Shown piece after piece: positions 1-12,700 of a DNA stretch of 64,000 nucleotides (position 1 is the stretch's first letter; every line of letters begins with the position of its first letter). Under the pieces are notes generated by a model, which was not told where the DNA came from, did no database searches, and worked only from the letters and a program-made list of their open reading frames with translations. The translations under genes and the position numbers were made by a program. The stretch is from Phoronis australis (lineage: Eukaryota > Animalia > Phoronida): positions 148,969 through 212,968 of the forward strand of contig NMRA01000180.1 in the NCBI GenBank assembly GCA_002633005.1. Reading direction: 5' to 3'.

Positions 1-655
1 AAAAGCCAAGGTACTTATTGAAGCGTCACGAAAATCTAGGTCTGACAAATTTCTTGGTTTTTAAGGTGTGAAGTCTTAGATAGGATGTTATTTGTAGCTG
101 TTTTGACTGGGAAACGCTCGTTTAGTTTTCAACAACACAAGTGCTCCTAGTTAGAAGTGTTTGACATTTCTTAAACATTAAGTGTGGTTCTAGCAATGAA
201 AAATAATTTGTATCATTTCAATGCACAATTAAAGTTACAGACGGCTTGCTTGTTTTTGTTGACACAGTTCTCACTTGTAATGCTACATGTCCGCATATTA
301 AATTTAACTTGTTAAATGCATTTATAGTTATTATTTTGACATTTGTCACTTTATTTTGACATCAACCCTTAGGGTTTATTTTTAAGTATTCCCATACTGC
401 CATGATGACGTTTTTTCCATGGCCATCTTGCAGAGTCTTATTTAGTTCTTTCTATTTACGTCATAATAAATAATACTATTCGCAATCCTCCTCTTGTTTT
501 ACTCTGCAACATAGCTCGTGGCGTACCCCGGGCAAAATAGATTACGATAAATGTGCTTTTATGTCACAGAAAGAGGTGGTAAAAGTACTTTCTTATTAAT
601 TTTGAGGTCTGGTGTCATGCACATACTGCTCATTACAATGTTACTGTCTTTTAAG

Positions 656-706
656 GTGAGCCTGCCGACTTCATCGTGGACCTCGGGGATTCTACAGTTG
701 TGAAAG
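656..706 (+). CDS. Exon 1 in window: N-terminal half of a PKD repeat (GEPADFIVDLGDSTVVK)
   Basis: ttttaag| and |gtatgt; 51 bp, phase 1-1. VDLGDS matches the IDYGD/WGFGD/IDFGD motifs of the later repeats. Confidence 0.7.
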
Positions 707-3700
707 GTATGTTTACCACTTAAACAACTGACAGATCATTGGTATTTTGGTAGTAAATAGCATTACGTAGTGGATATGCCAGTGCAGGTCGACGAGCGTT
801 ATGCTTTAATATAGGCTAATGTACATTTTACGTGCGCCATTTCATTTTTCCTCGATTATTTATTGCAGTGTGATTTAATGCCCTGTTCATTCTACATCAC
901 TATTTTACAGCAGTTTGTCATATTTTCAGCTAAATGAGTCACTAGCGCTGGGATATTTCCGCGACAACAATATGGATTGTACAATAAGCAGCAATGGACA
1001 AAATCCGTTGGTCTAGTTTTCCACAAACTTATTCTAATGACACAAATACAGCTATGGAGATATTCTGGAAAGAGTAATGCACCTGATAGAAGGACCAATA
1101 AACGTTAGGTGGCCAAATTCTATGAGACTGCAAATGTAATTAATTTCAATGAACAGGCATCTTTCAGTCAGAACCTCCAACGATATAATGTCTGCAGGAA
1201 CAGCTTGAGGAATCGCCTAGAAAACCATGTCCCCGTCTGACACAAGAACTTAGCATTTGAGAACCTTAGTTATGGAAATGTAGGAATACAAATTTTGCAA
1301 AGGCAAGTTGGCATCAGTCAGGCTACCAGGAAAAAAGAAAAGGTCTACTACAGGAGTTCTCGGAAACGAGTATGCTGACTAAAACAGGTCAATCTTTGTG
1401 ACTTCTTGGTGTTTGCTTCACTCCTCGACTTCTTTTCTATCAGATTCGCTGGTAACGTCAAATCTTGCCTGTATTGTGGTTCCGTTACAACAATTTTTTG
1501 GAACCGTCGATATCAGCGATTTTTGTCCACCGCTGCTTTGCGTATTGCCGAATTTTGTTTATACGTCTGCGCCTTCTGAAATATGTGGGCACTGTTGTGA
1601 AACACAAACTGGCGATGAAGCATGAAATATGGTGCTTTTGGAATTCCTTGTAGAAAAATAAATTGGACGTTTGCACCTCGTACAAATGAGCAGTTTAGGC
1701 GGCAAATCGGAGCTCATACACGGTGCCAGGGAGGAGCGACAGTGCAAAATCATGATTACTCTGACTCCTTATTGGTTAACAGAACATTCGGACATCTTGA
1801 TAGGTTGGAAATTGGAAATCACATCAGGTGTAACTACTTGTGACCAATCTGATAACAGACCATTTCGCTAAAATAATCTCGGACATTNGATGTTTGATTC
1901 ACTCCTCGACTTCTTTTCTATCAGATGCGCTGGTAACGTCGAATCTTGCCTGTATTGTGGTTCCGTTACAACAATTTTTTGGAACCGTCGATATCAGCGA
2001 TTTTTGTCCACCGCTGCTTTGCGTATTGCCGAATTTTGTTTATACGTCTGCACCTTCTGAAATATGTGGGCACTGTTGTGAAACACAAACTGGCGATGAA
2101 GCATGAAATAAGGTGCTTTTGGAATTCCTTGTAGAAAAATAAATTGGACGTTTGCACCTCGTACAAATGAGCAGTTTAGGCGGCAAATCGGAGCTCATAC
2201 ACGGTGCCAGGGAGGAGCGACAGTGCAAAATCATGATTACTCTGACTCCTTATTGGTTAACAGAACATTCGGACATCTTGATAGGTTGGAAATTGGAAAT
2301 CACATCAGGTGTAACTACTTGTGACCAATCTGATAACAGACCATTTCGCTAAAATAATCTCGGACATTAGCTATGTTGGTATTAACCGTATTAAACACGG
2401 TTAAAGCTTTCAAATATTTGAAAGACGTCTGTATTTAAGCGGAAACTTTCACTTCTGCGTGTGGTGGCTTTTTGAGAGAGTATATTTCTAATACCGGAAA
2501 TTAACATCGTCAGTACGGTTAGATTAAATCGATCTATTCCACCCAACTGCGTGATCGCTGACGGTAACAAGGCGTCCATACCAAGTCATGGGCACTACGG
2601 CACCGACACACTGGAAACTGGGTGTTTCATTACATAACATTGTACAGTATTACTCCTATGGTTGTGGTGCTGTGTAAGAGTGTTGCCGCCAAATTATCAA
2701 ACGACGCCCACAATGCTGAATTGCAATATACACGCACGCGCACGTACACTAAACCATGGCATGCGCACTTAGGCCCTAGACACACGGGCAATTCTCGCTA
2801 AATAAGTTCATAAGGTTGGTAGTATACAAATTGATTGTTTCTTATTTTCACAACCACAAAGGCATTTATAACTTGACAGTTTGTTTTCCTCTCAGCAGCC
2901 ATCTTCCGAAGGTACTGGACACTAGGTGGCGTGGTGATGAAGCTGTTCCAAATTTTAGGCAACTGAAATACCCTGCATCGTCTCTGTTCATAATTGGGTC
3001 ACTTTTCCTGACTCATATAGACTCTCTTATACGTCTAGATCTTAAACTATTTTCCCACTCAATAGGACAAGCATCATCCCAGTTAATTACATAGTTACAA
3101 CCAAGCTCATGATCAGTCACTGCAGATTTGTTAATAGTACTCTGAGACCATGCCTTCTCTAAACGTGTGGCCCTGAGATAGCTCATCCACATCTTTTCTG
3201 TGTTCGTTAAGCCTGATTGAAAACTCATGCCCAGAGGATGATCCGGGAATTTCTGTATGGCATGTCAATGACATAGACTTCGTACACTGCGAGTACATTG
3301 TAACTTTGTTGTAGCGTTGTGTACGAGTTCAGCAAAATGCGACTAATGTGGAAAGATTGAACAAGTGCACAATATTACACTGCCCGGTGTTTATAAATCT
3401 TTTTCACAAGTAAGCAGGAACAAACTTTATTTAAAGGAGAATGCCACCCGATTTAATTAGTCTTTTTTACTTTTTTAATTGGTCTACATGTATATCCACA
3501 TTCCTCTTAAACGGTCGACCTCACCTTGCCGAGAGGTGTCGCATTAACCTGTGAGGAAGGTGAGAAATGACGCAGCGACGTCAGTGGTTCGTCTGCAGAG
3601 TGAATGCCGCTATATTGCAATGTATCGTTCCCGCTTGTCCGAACTATGAAGCTGCGAAGAAAACGAGTTTAACGTTTTTTCGACATCCTCGAGAGCCCAA

Positions 3701-6700
3701 AATGCTTAGCAAGTGGCTCGAGGTAGTGAAGAATGAAAGATAGGTTGTCAATAGCAAGTATGAGGCCGTGAAACCTCACCGTGTCTGAGGCCGGCATTTC
3801 GTCGACAGTGATATCTCTGACAAATCCTGGCTTACCAAAGAACTATCCATATGTTCCGTTGCATGTGCATGTTCACGGTGCCTCTGTAGTATTTTGATCA
3901 GTGTATTCCGGTTCGAACTGATAGCCTGTGAAACCTAACGATCCGACCCGTGAGCCTGAGCTCTTGACTAAGTCGGGATTGGAGCGGGGCCAGTTGCCGT
4001 TTATTAGTACACGTTTATTATTCTGGGTTCTGTTTCGAAATGAATTATTCTCAGCGTAACCAATGCTTATATGAAACTGAAACAAAATCTGTCTCATTAG
4101 ATACAAATTGTAATGCCTTGGAGTGCTCGTGATTGCAAATGTTTTGAAAAGCCAGTAATGAATAAACCACTGCGTTACCGGCTTTTGATGCCGGCAACAA
4201 AGGTAATTGACCAGGTACCGAGGCCGTGTGAGCGCATGCTTATTCAGTGTTTGGTGACAGAAAGCTGTTGTGAAGCAATTACTCGATTTTATATGCTATG
4301 GTCACATGTTAGGGGAATCTTTATTTAGAAATACAAATACATTATTCAAATCAATGTTACTGTACAACCTTTGCCCTGACCGTCTGTGGAAGGGAAACCC
4401 GACATCAAAGCCCCCGTGTGAAACCAATTACGTCATTAGATAATTATAACACCTCTGTCTACCGTCAGGTGTCAGGTAACGCAACCGAACGTGCCGTTGT
4501 CGAGTAGAACTACTCGATCTAACTTGATACAAAATAGGTTGCTTTTTGGGTGGCATTCTCCTTTGATAATAAAAGTGAAGGAAAATTTAACTCAATGCAA
4601 TTCAGTTTGTTTCTATTTTCAGTCACTAGCGACAACTTCACGATATCTGGTGACCCCGAGGAAATGGTGTTTCGACGCAGGACTAATATGACCTTACTTT
4701 CATCGCCCATGGAGACCATTACGGGAGGTACATTGTACTTTTTGTTTTACATTGAGGTACAATAATTTAAGCGACTTCATTGGACAACAATTCACATATA
4801 GCTTTTGAATCTGTCAGAATTCCTTTTACCACTGAGGAAAGACTTAGAATTGCGTTCAAAGTATTCCAGAGGAAGCTTCAGAGTGGGCGATGCCTTAAGG
4901 GAAACCGTGTTAAAACGCTGTCGTGATGGGTAATGCTTGAGTTCCTACAATATGTTAAAAGCATCATACTGGCCACACTGAAGTCGTAAAATGGCTCAAA
5001 ATGGCATATTTGCCTGAGTTTGAGTGTTCAAGCAAGTCGTGTTTTATTGTGTTGCTAAAGGACCACCTAATACAAACAGAATTGCAAAAGTCTGTTCGAT
5101 CGACGAAGCCTTTGAGTCTTACAGTGAACTTTTTGCGAGACGCATATTCGGGTTTTTCTTAGTATGTCCACGATTGTCAAAGTATGTCGGGAATCGTGTT
5201 CTTTGATTGTTATCACGTCTGCGTTGCGTTTCAGTAATTCGGCGCTTTGTTAGCGCTGTTAGTCTCACCTTTTATAAAATAACTTCTCTTCAGTTCCTAA
5301 GTACGTAGACCATGTCTGTTCACATAAAGTGGCATAAGCTAGTACTACCTCAACCAACAATTGGTTACAATAGCAGTAGAACAAGTTAACACCGAGAGTG
5401 AAGTCGATTAAAAGGAACAGGTTTGTGCCTATTTCTCTAAAACATTGAAATATGGACAACATGGACGTACCTGCCACTGGTGTCTACAACACAGAATGCG
5501 ATTATTTGCAGCCACCTTTCGCGTCTGTCTACGTAAGTGCTTGCTGCATCCTGAAGACAACTTTAAGTGCAAGTCGTTCGAGTATAACAGAACTTCCAAT
5601 AATTGCTACTTGAGAAATACAACTATAAACTGCAATAACAGCTGTATCGAACTTAGGAGAACGTGGGACTCAGATGTGTATGAGCTAAAGGAAGGTGAGT
5701 CGTTTGAGTTTATCGTTATCGTAAAAATTCGTCCATACATTAGTCTATTTGCTGGTCTGTACTCATAGTTAAGCAGATGTTAAAAGTCGTCTCCGACGAG
5801 CAATTAATAAAATTGTGAAATGTAACGCAACGAAAGTCCGTTCAAAAGTGTACTAAAATCCCAAGCTTCGAGCATTGGAAGTGTTGGCGTTCGTTTGAAT
5901 ACAAATTAACTTCTACACTGTATGTATGGATTTGTAGTGGTTAAATGATAATGAACCCTCGTTTTGGTGATTTCAACCGATCCTCGTTCTGTCAACTGCT
6001 AATGCATCGTTGGCGGACTTGAGTTATAAAAGCAAGTTTTACCTAAAAACTCAAATTCTCTGTCATGGATTAAATATTATGGTTCTCGGTGGGTGGTTTT
6101 TCCTACAGGTGTCATGTAACTCGCTTCAGGCGTAAAGCACACATCACGAATTTTTGTCCGACCGGTCGGAAATTGGTCGACGACCGGTCGACGACCGGCC
6201 GTCTAGCTGACCAGCAGCCGACTAACAATGGTCTGCTGGGAGCCGTCTGCTGAGTCGCCTCCGCGGTCGGCTCTTGGGTTGGCAAAGTGGTCGCCTAGCA
6301 TAGACGATCAATTCGGATTATGCGTTTCCTCGGTCGGCAATTGACTTAGCGGGTGAAGTTTGGCCAAACAAACATACATTTACCTATTAGCTGTTCGTTC
6401 ACCAGTAGCCACTCCAGTCTTGACATCGGTTTATCAATTTTTGTTCAACTATTGAAAGGGGGTAAAATCGAATCAACCTACAAATACGAATTGCGTGAAA
6501 TTGCACCAACGTAAACGTTATGTTGAATTGCGGACGGCGTGGTAAAATTAAACGTTAAATGATTACGTGGAAACATAATTTCGCACTCTAGATGTGAAAC
6601 TTTTATGAATTATGCATAAAAAAGTATCCACAACCAGGAAATTTGAAATGTGTCAGTAAATTTGCATACAGTTCCAGGGCAGTAGGAAGTGGGGGAGGCG

Positions 6701-9700
6701 GGGCGGGCACGGGCCCTCGCAAAAATTTTCAAACGTCTGGGTTAAACCGTGGCAACCCCCATAGGCGTGGTGCCGGGGACAGTGGAAAATAGAAAGGCTG
6801 CAAAAAACGGATAACACAGAAAACTCAAGACAACATTTAACAAATCTGCATCAGTGCATAGTTTACCTTTTGAGGACCCAGGCCAGGACATTGTCGTTAG
6901 GGTCTTCGCTTTTTCAGCACAGGTCGACTAGACGAACACATATATTTCGAAAAAAACGAGAGAATTTGTAAAGCGAAGTTTTTGCAGGGCGTACTAATTT
7001 ACTGTTTGTTTAAATTCAATAAGTCAATTTTGTGAATGCAAAACTATATTTTTCTAGAGGCCCCTCTCTGGCAAGGGATAACGGTCACAACTTTCGCTTT
7101 ATTTTTTTCTCGAAACTGTATATCACTTGCGAAAAATTGATGACCTGACAGATAACATCAATTGCCGCGCATTTCTTGATATTTGAAAATACAGAAATTT
7201 TCATATTGAGGGGCCCCGCTTTTGAACGAGGCCATTGATGCCATTCAATTGGCCACCTTTTTGTGTTTTTATTAAGAAATTCTTACGGGGCCGCTCACGA
7301 TGAAAGGGTCCAATGTTGGAATCGATTACCTCTATTTTCCTGTTTTTGTGAAATCGTGCTTTCATGTTGAAGGAAGCCACCTCCCGCATCGTTTTGGACC
7401 ACACGAGGGTGTAATGAACTGTCACTTTTTCCCAAGCTTAATGATGTTTAGGCTTTCATCTTAAGGTGTCCCATTTCAGAAGGTACCCTCTCTCGTTGGA
7501 GCTGTAGGGGAAATGTCCCTTTGTCCCACTATGTACATGTATATCTGCGCGTGCCGGACAAGTGTACACAGGCAGTATATCTACGCGTTCAAGACAGGTG
7601 TACACAATCAATTATGGTTGATAAAATATATTACAAATGATTCTTTAAAATAGATTAATTTCGACTATTTCTAAGAATGGTATGACATGTTTTAAGATGT
7701 TGACAAGAATTTATATTAACAAAAGGTGTATTATAAGATCTAAGTTTCTCATCAGCCCTAGTAATTTATACGAATTTTTGTCACTGACCAAAAAACGATC
7801 CGTAAATGATGATCAGACTGATATATGTGAACGATGATCAGTCTCATCAGAATTCATATCAACCAAAATGGAGGTGTAAGATTTTTACACAAGCATTACT
7901 TATCCTAAGGTCAGAAAATATGATTAAAACAGTGAATAAGATGAACTGTATACTCAGTGTCTATTTTGTTACGTACAAGGTCATTAAGATTGACGGTAAA
8001 TATAAAGGGCAAAACTAAGCCTTTGAACTATCAAGGAGCAATGCATACAGAAGTAAGCAACAGTCAGGGCACGGACTTCTGTGTACATCCTGAGGGGCGT
8101 ACATGTAGCTAGGATGGAGGGAGATTTGTCTCATGGGGATCACTCTCCTGAGGTGAGCAGGGGCGGATACAGGATTTTGATTTAGGGGCGACCAGGGCGG
8201 ACATTCGCACCCCCGAGATGCCAAATGGAATCTGTGAGAATTTTAGGGGGGTATTGCCCCCTTGTCCCCTACCCCTAAATCCCTCACTGCTTACGTAAAC
8301 TTTATGAAACTGGACCAATTAATGGGCTTTTTGCACACTTGTCAGAGTCAGACAAATGAGTTGTTGTGTCACGTGACCATCACGAGGAGGTGCTTATAAA
8401 ATTAGGTAGCCTCGTATAGCAAGGCGTCCCAGTGAGTGTTTGAAACGTGCAAGTATCGCCTGTTGAGTGACCATATCTGACGAGTGCAGTTTTCAAATGC
8501 ATATTCTATGCTACTGTTACTGAGTGCCGAAGCGTGTCAGTTTGCGTTCTTTCCAGGAATAGTCATGAAAAAATGCATGGAAAACTATGCCTCGACATTG
8601 TTGTTCTCAATGCAGAAAAAAAGAATCATTATCAGATAAATACATGCAAGGTTGGGTTGGATAAATTTAATTCAACCGACATCACAACAGTCGCGTTTCA
8701 GATTACACTCTTTCCAAGAATCGTCATGAAAAATGCATGAAAACTGTGCAGGGTAAAGAATCGTGATCAGATAAATACATGCAAGGTTGGTTAAATTTAA
8801 TTCAACCGACATCACAACAGTCGCGTTTCAGGTTACACTCTTTCCAAGAATCGTCATGCTTGAAAACTGTGCCTCGGAGTTGTTGTTCTCAATGCAGGGC
8901 AAAGAATCGTTATCCGATAAATACATAAGTACACAAACTTTCTCTTGTACTACACAAGGTTGGCTGCATTCAATTCAACTGACATTACAATAGTCGCGTT
9001 TCAGTTTGCGTTCTTTCCAAGGATTGTCATGAAAAAATGCTTGAAATGCTATTCCCAGAAATTGTTGTTCACAATGCTGGGTCACCCAGAATTGTTATCA
9101 GTTTTCTGTGTTTTTGATTTTTTGGCCCCGTTAATTATCCTCAGAAATTTCAGGCAACATTTACAATTTCTATTTATTATTATTACTGAGATCATGAATG
9201 AGTTAATCCATAACACAAACTATTTCACTGTCCAGCAGCTTCTATAATTTTTACAATACCACAAAAATGAGAACATTTTAGCATCAGAAATATTACATTC
9301 AAGTAAGTCAGGCCTGCGAACGTCTGATACAACGTGTATCAGACCGCCTGCAATTATATATTTTAAGTCAGGCAAACACATTTTGATTAATAATCCACTG
9401 GTGCCACCTGCCGCCCCGAAGTGTTGTACCAGAGGTTTCCAGTTTAATACCATCCTGCAGCCATCTTATTACTGCATATGAATTTATGTAATTACATCAC
9501 GTTTCGTCCCTTGTAATTACTAAACGTAAATCGAAACATCAGAACGTTCTAGAAACCATGTGTAGTTAGTTGTTGCAACAAAAGGGGGATTACATATAAC
9601 AAACTTGACAAATATCCGTGGCGTTGGCGCAGTTGGATTTTGGAATTAAATGCTGAATGACGTCAACATGAACTTTTGTCTTAAAACGCTACGAAATATT

Positions 9701-12700
9701 GCCACAAGTCAAACTTTAATAATTCTGCTAAAACTAAAGATTGCTTTAAGGTATTTCAATAAACACAATATACATTCATTGACTGGCCGTAGTTCGGCGG
9801 GAAATGACGTGGTACGACGATGATAACTGGTATGGAACCGGTAACTCTCCCCTACATTTGATGTACAACGTGGCACTGACTGAATGCATCAAACAAACAT
9901 GGACTTTTTCAAAACACCGTGTTGGCCATATTTGTGTGGAAAAGCGAAATGAACAAATATCTGTACACGCTGCTCAAAACACTTTTGTGGACATACGGAA
10001 ACGAACACGTCGTTGTCTTAGAACGCTGCATTTCTGACAAAGCACTCTTGTGCTGGAAGTTTTTTTAAGATTGAGCACTGTTCCAATAATTGTAGCTCTT
10101 GTTACAGCTGACCACAGAAGAATGATTCTGCGATTTTAGGACTGAAACTGAACCAAATCTGACATGGTGACTCATTAGAAGGTGCGGTACTCGGGGAGAG
10201 GGGGGGGGCAATACAAGCGTGATATTTTTATTTTGGAGCCATAGTTGCCAGATATCATTCAGCGTCACTTACTACCAAAGGAGGCCAGATCATGCGCTAT
10301 AAACATCACCAGACGCTTTGCTTCACAAAACGTGTACCTTGGTGTATTTCCTTTCATTTTTTCGACATCGCATTCGCTTTACCAAAGATTCACGCATAAG
10401 TGCCGCGTAGAGACAAACACCTCTTCACCACATATTCGTATCTTCCCGTTTTATTTTATACAATTTGTCAATATGTTGTTGGCAGAAAATATTTGTTTTC
10501 GGAACAACGTCAACGACCGACTGATACACGTAACTAGAGCAGATTTTACCGTCACCGATGCATAAAAACGGAATGCGCAAGGCTAGAATGGGTAGTAGCC
10601 TCAATGGCGGATTTAGGGGGTTGCCAGGGGGGCCATCCCCCCTATAATTCTACCAGATACCATTTGGGAGTTCGGGTGCCAATTGCTGACTAACACATGA
10701 ATGAACAATGCATAGGCATGAACAAACCCCTGCTGCATCCCCACGCTATAGGCTGGGCGGGCTCGATTGTCGAAATTTTGATTATTCCTGTACATCTGTA
10801 TGAAAATGAAATATTTTCATTCGTTTTCATATATCATTTGATACCACAATATTAGCTTGAAATGGCAGATACAACCATGTAATAACCCATAACTATCTCA
10901 CTAGTGAGATAACGATTTGGCGGGAAACCGAGAACGGGGTCGAAGCCGGGACCCTTATGAAGTGCTGCTCGCCGACTTTACCACTACGCCACGCAGCGAC
11001 TGCCGTCCTTAGGAGCGAAAATAGAATACTTAAATGAGCCCGCGCAATAATCCCCTGTTCAACAAACCGTATTGCACTGTATTTATACGCTACGAAAAAT
11101 AAGACACATAATTTCCATAAAAATGATATCTTAATTCGGTGAATTTTTTCTCTCATGTCCTCTTACTTGTAAATCACCGATCTCCAGTTTGAATGCGGGT
11201 ATCGTGTCGTCAGGATCTTTGACTTGAGAATTATATCCAGTTACCAGTGGTAACCTACTTTAGCAGACGATAATTTCCCGGTCGAAGCTTAGCGTGAAAA
11301 AACGTGTTTTAAGCTATAATAGTTGGTAAACCTTAATTTATAAATTCAATAATTCTTCAAAATCCAGTCGGGCTCTAGATAACGGGGGATAACGACTTCG
11401 CCATGTAATAATCTATATGTATTCTTAACAACGGTTTTTTTTAATTTATGTATTCGTATATAATAATTGTATATAGACTTCTTTGTATTTTTTACCCAGA
11501 TCTAATGCCTCTCGGCGCTTTCTGGGTTATGTATATTCATTGTATTCTGAAGATTTCGTAATAAACATTAAAAAAAATTATTCCTGTGCCCTGCCCCCNN
11601 NNNNNNNNNNNNNNNNNNNNNNNNNNNNNNNNNNNNNNNNNNNNNNNNNNNNNNNNNNNNNNNNNNNNNNNNNNNNNNNNNNNNNNNNNNNNNNNNNNNN
11701 NNNNNNNNNNNNNNNNNNNNNNNNNNNNNNNNNNNNNNNNNNNNNNNNNNNNNNNNNNNNNNNNNNNNNNNAACACAAAATCCTGGATTCGCCCCTGAGC
11801 CTCAGTAAAGGTCATTCCGTGTTTGATGTCACTGTCTAAGTTCGTGGAAGTCGTAACCATATGATTTCGAAGTTAGAGCCTTCCAAGTACGTGGTATTAT
11901 GCCATAAAGTTCCGTGTATTTCGCGTCTTTACTGCAAGAGTTAATACTGTGAAAACAAAATCTCTGGAGTAAGAGCTCTTCGGTACAACAACTCATTCCC
12001 TATCCCATCATCATGGGCGCGTGATAGGAGACCCGTGAGGAATTTTAAAAACGCAAAAAGATGCAGTTCAACGTAACACAAACAAAAAACAAGTGTGGAC
12101 GAAGACTGTAAAAAATAGCTGCGTTTACAAAATGACTACGGCGTTGTATTGACCGGGAAGCAGCCAGTCTAATGCAACTTGTTACTGTCACGAGCCAAAA
12201 GATCAAATGTAAAGAAAACTTTAAAATTGTGTATTCCAAAACTTGTTGCATTGTCCGTAATCCAATGTTCAATATTACCGCTTGCCTCCAACCTTCGTGT
12301 ACTCATGAAATGGAAACAGTAAAACAAGTTAACTTATTTGACCCTGTGCCGAGACGAATATCGGCGTCTGCACGCAAAGCGGTATCAGCCTGACAACCTA
12401 TTACGCAAATGCTACTCTGGCCTAAAAATAGAAGCCGACGAGCGGGTCGGTTTATGGCCGGTCGGCAATTAAAGGAGCATGCCACCCAAAAAACAACCTA
12501 ATTTATATCAATTTAGATCGAGTAGTTCTACTCCATAACGACACGTACGGTTGCGATACCTGACACATGACAGCAGACGGAGGTGTTGAAATTATCCAAT
12601 GCCGTCATCGGTTTCACACGCAGTCTGTTCAGCAGTTCACAACACGGGTTACTGGTGTCAGCTTATCGCTTGAAGTCATCGTTTAACACCAATAAATCAT

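Larger units (their letters stand above)
10602..11797. mobile_element. hAT5-like MITE with 5-bp TSD, interrupted by a nested insertion and an N gap
   Basis: Termini CAATGGCGGAT...ATTCGCCCCTG; AGCCT on both flanks (10597-10601, 11798-11802). Confidence 0.75.

Noticed and set aside
1398-2352. Pairs of identical short ORFs
   Set aside because: Products of the n-split duplication; no recognisable protein.
5421-5511. Upstream extension of the PAN exon from acceptor gaacag|
   Set aside because: Phase 0 is incompatible with exon 2; the 5512 acceptor gives the right phase and a better PAN N-terminus.
7790-7860. Hammerhead-like CTGATGA plus stem on the minus strand (also CCGACGAG..GAAA near 5792)
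   Set aside because: The GAAA core is missing in the first, and the core and NUH site are wrong in the second.
10925-11000. Functional tRNA gene
   Set aside because: A/B boxes are present but the anticodon and acceptor stems are not convincing; treated as SINE-derived.
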